From a virus, in the IMG/VR virus record IMGVR_UViG_3300017991_000009, positions 31,167-95,166 of that record: DNA of 64,000 nucleotides. One strand, given 5' to 3'. Both the position numbers and the translations under genes were made by a program. The notes below the pieces were generated by a model, which searched no databases, had not been told where the DNA came from, and saw nothing but the letters and a program-made list of their open reading frames with translations. This document shows, one piece after another, positions 44,618 through 52,958 of this stretch; within the stretch, counting starts at the first letter, position 1; every line of letters begins with the position of its first letter.

Positions 44618-45120
44618 TGCGGCTGTTCAGCTACGACGACAGGGAGTCGCAGGCACTCCACCTGTCAACCAGCTTGGGGCATCCGGAGCTATTCACTCCA
44701 GGGGACAGGAAGACTCAGCCCCTCTGGGTGGTGGCGATTTACAGCCCGGATGCTTGCGCTTGTATCTGCGTGCGGCCAGACGGGCAGGTCATGCTCCTGA
44801 TCGCGCAGGACGCCGAGGTGCGCCTCTACGTCCCGCAGGACGCGCAGACTGAACTCGAGGTGAAAGCGGATGCAGCGGCCAGTATTGACGTAGAGGCTGC
44901 GCCTGATGTAGGAATTGAGGTACCGCAAGAGGTAACGAGGACAACGGAGATGTTGGATCCAGCTAGCGTTACCCTCGAACTAGGGGCAGAAGCACAGGTC
45001 GCACTTGGCATTGGTAGTGAAGCTGGTGCTATTATAGGAGTGATGAACGATGCTTCTGTGACGATAGAGGTCAGAGAGGACGCCGGCATAACCATCGAAG
45101 TGGAGGCATGTGAAGAGTGA
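44617..45120 (+). CDS. hypothetical protein with a repetitive acidic C-terminus
   Basis: Roughly 11-aa spaced D-A-x-V/I repeats. Confidence 0.45.
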   Translation: MRLFSYDDRESQALHLSTSLGHPELFTPGDRKTQPLWVVAIYSPDACACICVRPDGQVMLLIAQDAEVRLYVPQDAQTELEVKADAAASIDVEAAPDVGIEVPQEVTRTTEMLDPASVTLELGAEAQVALGIGSEAGAIIGVMNDASVTIEVREDAGITIEVEACEE

Positions 45121-45530
45121 GCCAGCAATACGACATAACAGCGGAGAACCTCCGCTCAAATGACTTCCGACCCCTCCACGCCGGTGACGACTACGACTTC
45201 CAGTGGACGATCACCTGGCCCGGCACGGAGGACCTGACTGGGGCTACCGTGTGGTTCACGGTCAAGAAGTCGGCGGTCGAGAGTGACACGGACGCCAAGC
45301 TCCAACTGAAGTCCGACAACACTGACGAGATCGAGATCACCGACGCCGGTGCCAGCCAGTTGACGGTGAAGTTCCGAGGTGAGGCGGCGACTGAGATCAA
45401 GCGAACGAAAGACCTTGGAGGTGAGTGGAGCTACGACATGCAGGTAGTCCTGGCAAGCGGAAAAACCGTGACCGTCGCCTGGGGCACGATCGAGTTCCTG
45501 CCGAGCCTCACGCGAGCGGTCACGCCATAA
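45117..45530 (+). CDS. BppU-like Ig-fold virion protein
   Basis: GDDY.F...DLTGATVWFTVK...YDMQV...G.I pattern. Confidence 0.6.
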   Translation: MSQQYDITAENLRSNDFRPLHAGDDYDFQWTITWPGTEDLTGATVWFTVKKSAVESDTDAKLQLKSDNTDEIEITDAGASQLTVKFRGEAATEIKRTKDLGGEWSYDMQVVLASGKTVTVAWGTIEFLPSLTRAVTP

Positions 45531-45542
45531 AAGGAGAAGGTG

Positions 45543-45989
45543 ATGAACAACGTCCTATACGCAAAGCCCAACTACAACACGCACCGAGAGATCAGGAAGT
45601 ATGACGGGGCGACAGGTGCCCCCCTCGCGGTGGACGACGATAGCGCCGACCTTGCGGTAGTGAAGGCGGCGAACCCTAAAGGCCCATTGGACTGTGGAGG
45701 TTTCGATACCGTGTTCGTGGCGGTTGACATCACAGCCGGCGGTGCGGCCGACGTGACGCTCCAACCATTGGAGGCGGTCACCAAGCCCGACGGCTCTTGG
45801 GAGTTCCGTGTGCTTGCTGCCAACATCGGGCCTATTAATGAGGCTAGTCAGTTGCAAGAGGTGACGGTGAACGGCGGCAACGTGTTCTTCCGACTGCACG
45901 ACACCAATGGCAACCCGACCGTAGTGGAGATTCTGGTCGCCGGCGGTGCTCAGATGTCGCAGGAGCCGGGCTTCAGACGAAAGAGGTAG
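45543..45989 (+). CDS. putative virion protein
   Basis: AGGAG RBS; beta-rich. Confidence 0.5.
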   Translation: MNNVLYAKPNYNTHREIRKYDGATGAPLAVDDDSADLAVVKAANPKGPLDCGGFDTVFVAVDITAGGAADVTLQPLEAVTKPDGSWEFRVLAANIGPINEASQLQEVTVNGGNVFFRLHDTNGNPTVVEILVAGGAQMSQEPGFRRKR

Positions 45990-45992
45990 CTG

Positions 45993-46712
45993 ATGGGCAA
46001 CTACGTTGATCGGGCGGACGTGAAGGCAGAGGGTATCCCCAGCGGTACCGACAACAGCCTGATCGACCGCCGCATCACCAAGTGGGAGGCCCTGGTGGAG
46101 CGTATCACCAGGAACATCTTCCGCCAGGTCGATCCCGGTGCTCTCATCTTCGATGGGAACAACAGCCGCATCCTCCACTTCAACCTCCCACTGATCGAGG
46201 TCACGGAGTTGAGGATCAACGGTGATGACGTTGCCCTGGACACGGATGACTACCGCGCCTTTGTCGGCCGCGGGCCCGTGCAGGACGACAGGTGGAACCC
46301 GAAGATCGAACTCACCCCGGTGAGGTCTAGCCTCTGGCGGACCCAGCCAGGGATGTTCGTCAAAGGGCTCGACCAGACCATCACGGCGAAGTGGGGCTTC
46401 CTGGAGGCGGATGACACCTGCCCGCAGCCCGTCAAGGATGCGATCGTCAAGCTCGTGGTCCTGGACATCGAGGGGTACTTTGAGTCGGCATCGGGAGGGG
46501 GTAGGGCGATCACTCCGATGAGGCGTGAGAAGACCGACGGGCACGAAGTTGAGTATATGCAAATGGAAAACATCAAGACGTTGTGGACCTTGCTCCCTAC
46601 TGACATCGCGGACATCCTGTCTATGTACCGAGCCCCGTGGAAGCTGGGCTCGCCTGAGCCCATCCGCTTTATCTCCGACCCAGGTATCGACTCCTGGGTG
46701 ATGGGGTTCTAG
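45993..46712 (+). CDS. head-tail connector/adaptor
   Basis: YVDRADVK, WGF...P..VKDA..LV, EKTDGHEVEY, ILSMYR. Confidence 0.7.
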   Translation: MGNYVDRADVKAEGIPSGTDNSLIDRRITKWEALVERITRNIFRQVDPGALIFDGNNSRILHFNLPLIEVTELRINGDDVALDTDDYRAFVGRGPVQDDRWNPKIELTPVRSSLWRTQPGMFVKGLDQTITAKWGFLEADDTCPQPVKDAIVKLVVLDIEGYFESASGGGRAITPMRREKTDGHEVEYMQMENIKTLWTLLPTDIADILSMYRAPWKLGSPEPIRFISDPGIDSWVMGF

Positions 46713-47144
46713 ATGGCTATCCTACCGCGCCTCCTTCATCCTATCCCTGTCTGGTTGCGGAAGGCTGACAGGGAGTTCACGGCCGCGTATGATCACAACC
46801 TGCGGGAGCCAGTGGGCCAGGTGCGGCGAGAGCAGAAGCCCATCAAGCTCGTTGCCCAGATCTCGGTAGGGAACGCCGACGACCCTAAAGCCTCGCAGGG
46901 CGGGGTGGTGGAAGACTCCGACGGCTACCTCCTCTTCCTTACTAGGGACCTCAAGCGGGCGAAAGTGGAGGTGGATCGCGGGGACCGGGTGATCAAGATC
47001 GGAGAGGGGGACAACGAGAGGGAGGTTGATTACTACATCACCAAGCTGAAGTGGATGGGGCACTACCCGCATGCCGGCGGGCCAACCATGGTCCGCGCCT
47101 ACTTCGAGGACCGCCACCCGTCGCACCAGCGGGGTGACCTGTGA
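46713..47144 (+). CDS. head closure / stopper-like protein
   Basis: Position after the adaptor; RGDRV motif. Confidence 0.55.
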   Translation: MAILPRLLHPIPVWLRKADREFTAAYDHNLREPVGQVRREQKPIKLVAQISVGNADDPKASQGGVVEDSDGYLLFLTRDLKRAKVEVDRGDRVIKIGEGDNEREVDYYITKLKWMGHYPHAGGPTMVRAYFEDRHPSHQRGDL

Positions 47145-47725
47145 CCGTCAAGGCTTCTCTCACGCTGGAAGGGTTCGACGAACTGAAGGACAAGCTGGAC
47201 CCCAAGAAGTTCCCTCGGCGGATGGAGAAGCACGTTAAGAAGGCCACCCTCAAGAACGCCATGATCGGCGCCGGCCGGGTCAAGTGGGATATACAGCGGG
47301 GGAAGTTTGCTGCAAATGCACCGCTAACCCGCGCCCTCAAAGGTAGCTCAAAGCCCCTGGTTGACACAGAAGAGTTGTTCAAGTCGATCACAGGTGACGC
47401 TGTAGCCTGGAACGTCGCCCTCATCGGCGTGTTGAAGAATAGGCAGGTGAAGAACCCAGAGACAGGGGACGTTGAGGACATCATGATGATCGCCAAGATA
47501 CTGCACGACGGCGCGGTCATCCCAGTTACACCACCGATGCGGCGGCTGTTCTATGCCTTAGCGAAGAAGTACCCTGGGCAGGTCACCCCGCTGTCTATCA
47601 GGACGAAGGTGATCGTGCTGCCGGCGCGACCGTTCCTGAAGGGTGTATTGGACAAAACGGAGATAGCGAAGTACAAAGCTAACTGGATGGCCGCTGTCCG
47701 CAAGGCCCTAGCCGGAGTTGACTGA
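47141..47725 (+). CDS. neck/tail completion protein (Mu gpG / HK97 gp10-like)
   Basis: NAPLT...KGSSKPLVDT..L..SI, LHDG, LPARPFL. Confidence 0.75.
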   Translation: MTVKASLTLEGFDELKDKLDPKKFPRRMEKHVKKATLKNAMIGAGRVKWDIQRGKFAANAPLTRALKGSSKPLVDTEELFKSITGDAVAWNVALIGVLKNRQVKNPETGDVEDIMMIAKILHDGAVIPVTPPMRRLFYALAKKYPGQVTPLSIRTKVIVLPARPFLKGVLDKTEIAKYKANWMAAVRKALAGVD

Positions 47726-49023
47726 TGCTGCAAAAGTTGGTCAAGGAATTCTCCTTCGAGGAGCAGAATAGGTCACGCCTCACGTTCAGTGACAGCGGCA
47801 AGATCCGCCTTGACCCAAAGGATGGCAAGCTGAAGTTGAAGGTGCAGAGTTACAACAAGGCGACGGGGGCAGCCGAGTACCCGACTGACGACGACCTCAC
47901 AGTCACCACCTGGTTGACGAACCCTCTCGCCCTCAAGCAGTGGCTAGGCTTTGACGTCGAGCCCCTCCCGGCCGAGCAACCCGCTGGCGCCAGCGTGCGC
48001 TATCGGCTGAACGACGGCACCGATGACCGCTACTGGGACGGGGGTGCCTGGTCGGTAGCTAGTTTGTCCACACACTGGAATACGCAGGCTGAGGTATCGA
48101 CGAATATCTCAACGTTTCCCGTTACTTCTAAGTCACTCGCCCTTGTGATCAACCTGTTGACAACCGACGACTCGGTCACCCCCACCGTCGAGAAGATCAA
48201 CATCCTGATGCAATGCGACCTCGACTACATCAGGTCGCTAGTGTCGGATGCAATCCTCACCTCGTTGCGGGACGGTATCCAACCGTCGCTTGACTTTGCC
48301 CTCCTCTCGGTGGGCGGATCGGTGGTGAGCCTCCTCGATATGCAGACGCGGTATAACATCGCCGCGATCGAGGCGGTCTACAACCACACGCAGGACCCTG
48401 ATCACACCACCGACTTGTTATCGAGCTATGACGCGGATGGGAAGGCGATTAGGCTTACAGCAGAGGTGCCGCGCGGAGAATCAATCTGGGTGGACTTCAA
48501 GGTCGAGCCCGAGGTGCACCTCAACTGGTCGAGCCAGGACTACGTAGAGGTAGAGAGCCTCCCGGCCGTCGTGGTGGACAACTTCGACCTGACGGGGAAC
48601 CAGGTATTCGCTACTCAAATTGTGAGGAATATCGCCACGAATCAGGCTACCGTGCGCAGGTTCCCTTTTAGACTTCGATTAGAGTTTGAGGTATTATTGC
48701 TGGCAGAGAACAACCAGACTTTGTTAGCTATGATGGACAAAGCCCTAGAGCACCAAGCCGCAAACACCAGGTTCCACTGGCCCGCCGTGGACGAATACCT
48801 GTCGTGTAGCTGCCCGTCTCTGGGGCTTTTCCGTCCCAAGCCGAACCTGAGTGATAAGCACGAGGCGAGGTATACTCTCACGCTTCACAATATCTATCTT
48901 TGGTTGTGCCCGGAGGACACCACCTACTTGGTGCAGCGGTTCAACCTCAACCTGTCGAGTCCAGGGCTCCAGGGCGGTCAACTTTGGACTGGCGTTAAAA
49001 CTGGTCAGCCCGACACAAACTAA
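47725..49023 (+). CDS. tail terminator-like protein with N-terminal extra domains
   Basis: Directly upstream of the sheath; LPAVVV...LEFEV C-terminal module. Confidence 0.5.
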   Translation: MLQKLVKEFSFEEQNRSRLTFSDSGKIRLDPKDGKLKLKVQSYNKATGAAEYPTDDDLTVTTWLTNPLALKQWLGFDVEPLPAEQPAGASVRYRLNDGTDDRYWDGGAWSVASLSTHWNTQAEVSTNISTFPVTSKSLALVINLLTTDDSVTPTVEKINILMQCDLDYIRSLVSDAILTSLRDGIQPSLDFALLSVGGSVVSLLDMQTRYNIAAIEAVYNHTQDPDHTTDLLSSYDADGKAIRLTAEVPRGESIWVDFKVEPEVHLNWSSQDYVEVESLPAVVVDNFDLTGNQVFATQIVRNIATNQATVRRFPFRLRLEFEVLLLAENNQTLLAMMDKALEHQAANTRFHWPAVDEYLSCSCPSLGLFRPKPNLSDKHEARYTLTLHNIYLWLCPEDTTYLVQRFNLNLSSPGLQGGQLWTGVKTGQPDTN

Positions 49024-49035
49024 GGAGGAACGCAG

Positions 49036-51375
49036 ATGGCACAAAAACGTTACGGGCCGACTCTGGACGCCGGGACGGTCATTATCGAGAGGGACAGCGA
49101 GAAGTCGATCGACCCGTCCCAGCTAGGCTCAACGGCTTACACGGGTATCCTGGAGCGAGGTCCGGTCGGCGAACTCATCACCACAACCGGCAAGAAGGAC
49201 CTGCTCGCCAAGACGGGCGGGCTGATCCCGGATAGCCTCCTCCCCGACTGCTGCCAGGACTTCTGGGACCACTCGGGGGGTGCGGGCGTCCTCTTCCTGT
49301 ACCGCGTGACGGACGGGACGGAGAAGAAGGCTACGCTGACCCTTTGGGACAGGGCCTGGCCGCGCAACCAGGTGATCCGAGTCGACGCGCACAACGGAGG
49401 GTCCTGGGCAGGCAAGCGGGATACCTACGTCTTCGACGTCTCCGGGTCGGGCGACATCAACGAGACCACGCTGGATATGCCGGCGGGGCTCCACCCGATC
49501 CAGAAGGACCAGTTCAAGGGTGGGACGCTACTCTGCACCGAGACCGGGACTTCCTACGAGATCATCGGGAACGACGCCAGTACGGGCGTGGCAGTCACGG
49601 AGTTGCGCATCGCCTTGGATTCCACCCTCGAGACCGACTTCGGCTCGGGGACGGACTTCGAGTTCGCGGTAGAACTCGAGTCGGCGGATGCGTGGGGCCG
49701 GGACCGCATGATGAGCGTGGAGATCACGGATGGGCAGGTGAACCCCTCGACCGAGTGGGGCCTCAACATCTACGTGAACGACGGGCTGGTCAAGACCTAC
49801 CCGGACCTCTCCTCGGACCCGAACGCGGAGAACTACTTCGCCAAGGTCATCAACGAGGACACGTCCAACTGGTACATCACGGTCACCGACCTTTGGACGG
49901 GTGCCGTGACGGCGACCACCAGGCCGGCGAACCACTACGTGGAGGTGGCCGACTCGGAGATCGCGGAGAAGCAACTGGACCTCACCACGGTGGGTGTTCA
50001 GTGGTCGCTAGCCGCGACGGGTGGGGCGAGCACGCTCGGCACCTTCACCTTTGGAGCCAAGGTCATCCCGGACGTGTACGAGATCGAGTACGATGGGATA
50101 TCGGCCTGGACCGTGACGTCGCTGAACCAGCAGGCGCAGCACACCTTCCCGGATGCGACGAGCGGGACGCCCTACGCGGCGGACAACCCCTACTCGTTCG
50201 GCTTCACGCTCACGGAGACCACCCCGGCCGTGGGGGACAAGTTCACCGTGCATGTCTGGCCGTTGGAGGAGGACGAGGCGATTGATGGCCGCATCTTCTT
50301 CCCCGACGAGTCGTTCGCGCCGGGTACAGGTTGGATGATCACCGACAACGACGAGAACGCCGTTGACATCACCAGCGGGGACATGACCGACGGCGGGGCG
50401 ATCAGTGGCACCATCAAGGTCAGGCTGCAGTACAAGCAACAGTTGACCCAGGGGTACGACGGTATCGCCACCATCGACGAGAATGACTTTCTGCCGGCGT
50501 ATGACGTCAACTCCTCGCCGTTCAACGAGACGGAACAGCAGGGGTACGGCCTCATCAAGCACGCGACCCCAGGGATCAACGAACTATCCGGTCCCAACGC
50601 CCTGGTGGTCCAGCAGGCAGGCATCAACTACGCCGAGTCGAAGAACCACCAGTACCGCCCCGAATTCCCCTCCAGCTACACGGACGAGGTGGCGGCGCGT
50701 ACCTGGGTGCAGAACACTCTGGGCAAGAACGACCACGAGAAGATCATCTTCCCGTCATATGCCAGCGTGTCCGACCCGGTGAAGACCAGCCTGCTCAAGA
50801 CTGTCCCCATTACGGGTATGGTCCACGGCAGGGAGGCCAAGACGGCCCGCGACTACAACGGGTACCACAAGGTCGCGGCAGGCGGGGATGTTACGCTGCC
50901 GCGCATCCGCGAGATACCGACTCTGGATCGGCGCCTCAACGGCGAGGTGCTCAACCCGGCCGGTATCCAGCGGGTGGAGAAGCGGAAGGGGCGGTTCATC
51001 GTCTGGGGCGCGAGGGTCCCCTACGTGGACTCCGCGTGGAAGTTCTGCCAACATCGGGAACTCATGTCGTACTACGAGCACGTCCTGAGCGAGAACTTCG
51101 ACTGGGTGATCTTCGCGATCAACGACCCGCTGGAGCAGCCGAAGTTGTTCGCGGCGCTCGAGTCCTTCTTCTACCCGGAGTGGACGAAGCGGGCGATCCG
51201 CGGCGACACCTTCACCGACGCCTGCGAGATTAAGATCGACGAGGAGAACAACACCGACGCCACCCGCGCGGCGGGGGATCTGAACTGCGACATCAGCCTC
51301 CAACTCGCGGACACGGTAGAGCGGTTCATCATCACAATCGGAAAGCAGGGTGTGTTCGACTCCACCGCTGCCTAG
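49036..51375 (+). CDS. contractile tail sheath protein
   Basis: ERGPVG, LNPAGIQ, VWGAR, WVIFAIND, IKIDEENNT, ERFIITI. Confidence 0.92.
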   Translation: MAQKRYGPTLDAGTVIIERDSEKSIDPSQLGSTAYTGILERGPVGELITTTGKKDLLAKTGGLIPDSLLPDCCQDFWDHSGGAGVLFLYRVTDGTEKKATLTLWDRAWPRNQVIRVDAHNGGSWAGKRDTYVFDVSGSGDINETTLDMPAGLHPIQKDQFKGGTLLCTETGTSYEIIGNDASTGVAVTELRIALDSTLETDFGSGTDFEFAVELESADAWGRDRMMSVEITDGQVNPSTEWGLNIYVNDGLVKTYPDLSSDPNAENYFAKVINEDTSNWYITVTDLWTGAVTATTRPANHYVEVADSEIAEKQLDLTTVGVQWSLAATGGASTLGTFTFGAKVIPDVYEIEYDGISAWTVTSLNQQAQHTFPDATSGTPYAADNPYSFGFTLTETTPAVGDKFTVHVWPLEEDEAIDGRIFFPDESFAPGTGWMITDNDENAVDITSGDMTDGGAISGTIKVRLQYKQQLTQGYDGIATIDENDFLPAYDVNSSPFNETEQQGYGLIKHATPGINELSGPNALVVQQAGINYAESKNHQYRPEFPSSYTDEVAARTWVQNTLGKNDHEKIIFPSYASVSDPVKTSLLKTVPITGMVHGREAKTARDYNGYHKVAAGGDVTLPRIREIPTLDRRLNGEVLNPAGIQRVEKRKGRFIVWGARVPYVDSAWKFCQHRELMSYYEHVLSENFDWVIFAINDPLEQPKLFAALESFFYPEWTKRAIRGDTFTDACEIKIDEENNTDATRAAGDLNCDISLQLADTVERFIITIGKQGVFDSTAA

Positions 51376-51379
51376 GCAA

Positions 51380-51404
51380 TAGCTTATCGTAATCCGATAA
51401 GCTA
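51380..51404. repeat. palindromic element TTATCG-N5-CGATAA, copy 3 (inverted relative to copy 2)
   Basis: TAGCTTATCG TAATC CGATAAGCTA; reverse complement differs from copy 2 at one base. Confidence 0.8.
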
Positions 51405-51433
51405 AAGTGACTCGACACCCAAGGAGATGAAAC

Positions 51434-51886
51434 ATGGGAATCAAACAGGTGCTTCAGGAGAACCGCATCCCGGTCAACAGGTACCAGTTGATCATCCAGC
51501 CATTCAACGTGCCCGAAGTTACGTTGGTGTCTATCAGTGGCCTGGAGGAGGAACTGGACGCCCCTGAGCTACCCGATCGCACCGTGAGGAGCGGCGGGAG
51601 AAGCAAGCCGGTAGAGTTCGATATTATGCAGCCCACCCACCACGATCTCGAGGTGGCGGCGATGGAAACCTGGTACACGCAGTGCAAGCTGGCCCTCCCG
51701 GGCTATCTGCGGCTGGGCATGCTCACCCTCTTCGACGAAGCGGGCCTGCTCCCCAGGCGTAGGCGCACGCTGCCGAACATCTGGTTGAAGAAACGGGCGG
51801 AGTCCGACCTAGAGATGGAGAACGAAGGCGAGATGCACGTAATTACCTGGACGTGTCAGACGGACCAGGTAATCGTCACCCCATAG
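51434..51886 (+). CDS. tail tube protein
   Basis: 150 aa after the sheath; SISGLEEE, W.. and L.ME.EGE patterns of T4 gp19-like tubes. Confidence 0.8.
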   Translation: MGIKQVLQENRIPVNRYQLIIQPFNVPEVTLVSISGLEEELDAPELPDRTVRSGGRSKPVEFDIMQPTHHDLEVAAMETWYTQCKLALPGYLRLGMLTLFDEAGLLPRRRRTLPNIWLKKRAESDLEMENEGEMHVITWTCQTDQVIVTP

Positions 51887-51945
51887 CTAGGACGACCTGT
51901 CCCTAACAAGCATCCATTTATGGATGTAATTGGAGGGATAAACGG

Positions 51946-52800
51946 ATGTACACCACTACCATCAAGGAGCTTGGTCCCAAGCTTCCAATCGGGAGAATCC
52001 AAGGCAACACCCTGCTGAAGGACTTCTCCCTCCGGCCTTACAAGTCCCGCATCGATCGGTTCATGAATATCTGGCGGGAGCAGAACGAGGGCCAGCACCA
52101 GGCACTCCTCTCCGCAAAGTTCCTCAGCCTGGTGGTTGAGAGCTTTGCAGGAGAGGCTCTGCCGCTCATCGCGGAAGGGAAGGAGAAGGGGAACTCCACC
52201 CCAGAGGTCATGCTGAAGGTACTGGACTGGTACTGGGCGGACGCGATGTACGTCTATCTCTATTCCAGGATCACCACGCTGTCCGAGTTCATCGAGGTGC
52301 CGTTCGCCTGCCCGATGAGCAAGTGTGGGTTCAAGGGAATGCTCAAGCCAAACCTCCTCACCACCGAAGTGGTAGTGATGGAGTCACCAGAGGAGCTATT
52401 CCACTGGGTGAAGATGCGGCGAGGCTTCAAGGTCAACCAAAACAAGCACCACGTGCAGGAGTTGAAACTGCAGCCGGTGAAGTTCAAGACCCTCCTCGCC
52501 CCCGGTGCGGTAATGGAGGGCGTGGAGTCGTTGGGGTACAATCAGTTCCGGGACTCGATCGCAGAGTTGAAAGGTGTGGACAGGAACTACGTGATCACCG
52601 ATGAGGAGATCGATGAGATCGAACGGATCGATACCCTGATGGTTGATCGCCAAGCCGGGAAGGTGAGCGCAGGGCCCAAGTTGAGGACTACCCTGGAGTG
52701 CCCCAAGGACAAGTGTGGCGGTAGGATCATCAACGCATTAGATTGGTCGTTCGACTCTTTTTTCGACAGTTCCGTACCTTTGGGAGAGTTGATGACCTGA
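51946..52800 (+). CDS. tail assembly chaperone (gpG-like)
   Basis: Between tube and tape measure; two CP..KCG motifs; slippery site near the end. Confidence 0.7.
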   Translation: MYTTTIKELGPKLPIGRIQGNTLLKDFSLRPYKSRIDRFMNIWREQNEGQHQALLSAKFLSLVVESFAGEALPLIAEGKEKGNSTPEVMLKVLDWYWADAMYVYLYSRITTLSEFIEVPFACPMSKCGFKGMLKPNLLTTEVVVMESPEELFHWVKMRRGFKVNQNKHHVQELKLQPVKFKTLLAPGAVMEGVESLGYNQFRDSIAELKGVDRNYVITDEEIDEIERIDTLMVDRQAGKVSAGPKLRTTLECPKDKCGGRIINALDWSFDSFFDSSVPLGELMT

Positions 52801-52949
52801 TCGAGGATGTTCACATCCTCAACTACTATGGGAGATACAGCTTCCTAGACGTGCTGGAGATGACTCCCAGGGAGCGGGACAGGTTGATCAACAGGCTCCT
52901 GAAGCAGTACCGCGAGGAGGCAAAGGTACGGAAGAGGTATACTAAATAG
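52758..52949 (+). CDS. -1 frameshift extension (gpGT-like) of the tail chaperone
   Basis: T TTT TTC at 52758-52764 in the chaperone frame; -1 frame reads FFRQFRT...MTPRERDRLI to 52949. Confidence 0.75.
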   Translation, partial: FFRQFRTFGRVDDLIEDVHILNYYGRYSFLDVLEMTPRERDRLINRLLKQYREEAKVRKRYTK

Positions 52950-52958
52950 GGAGGCACA

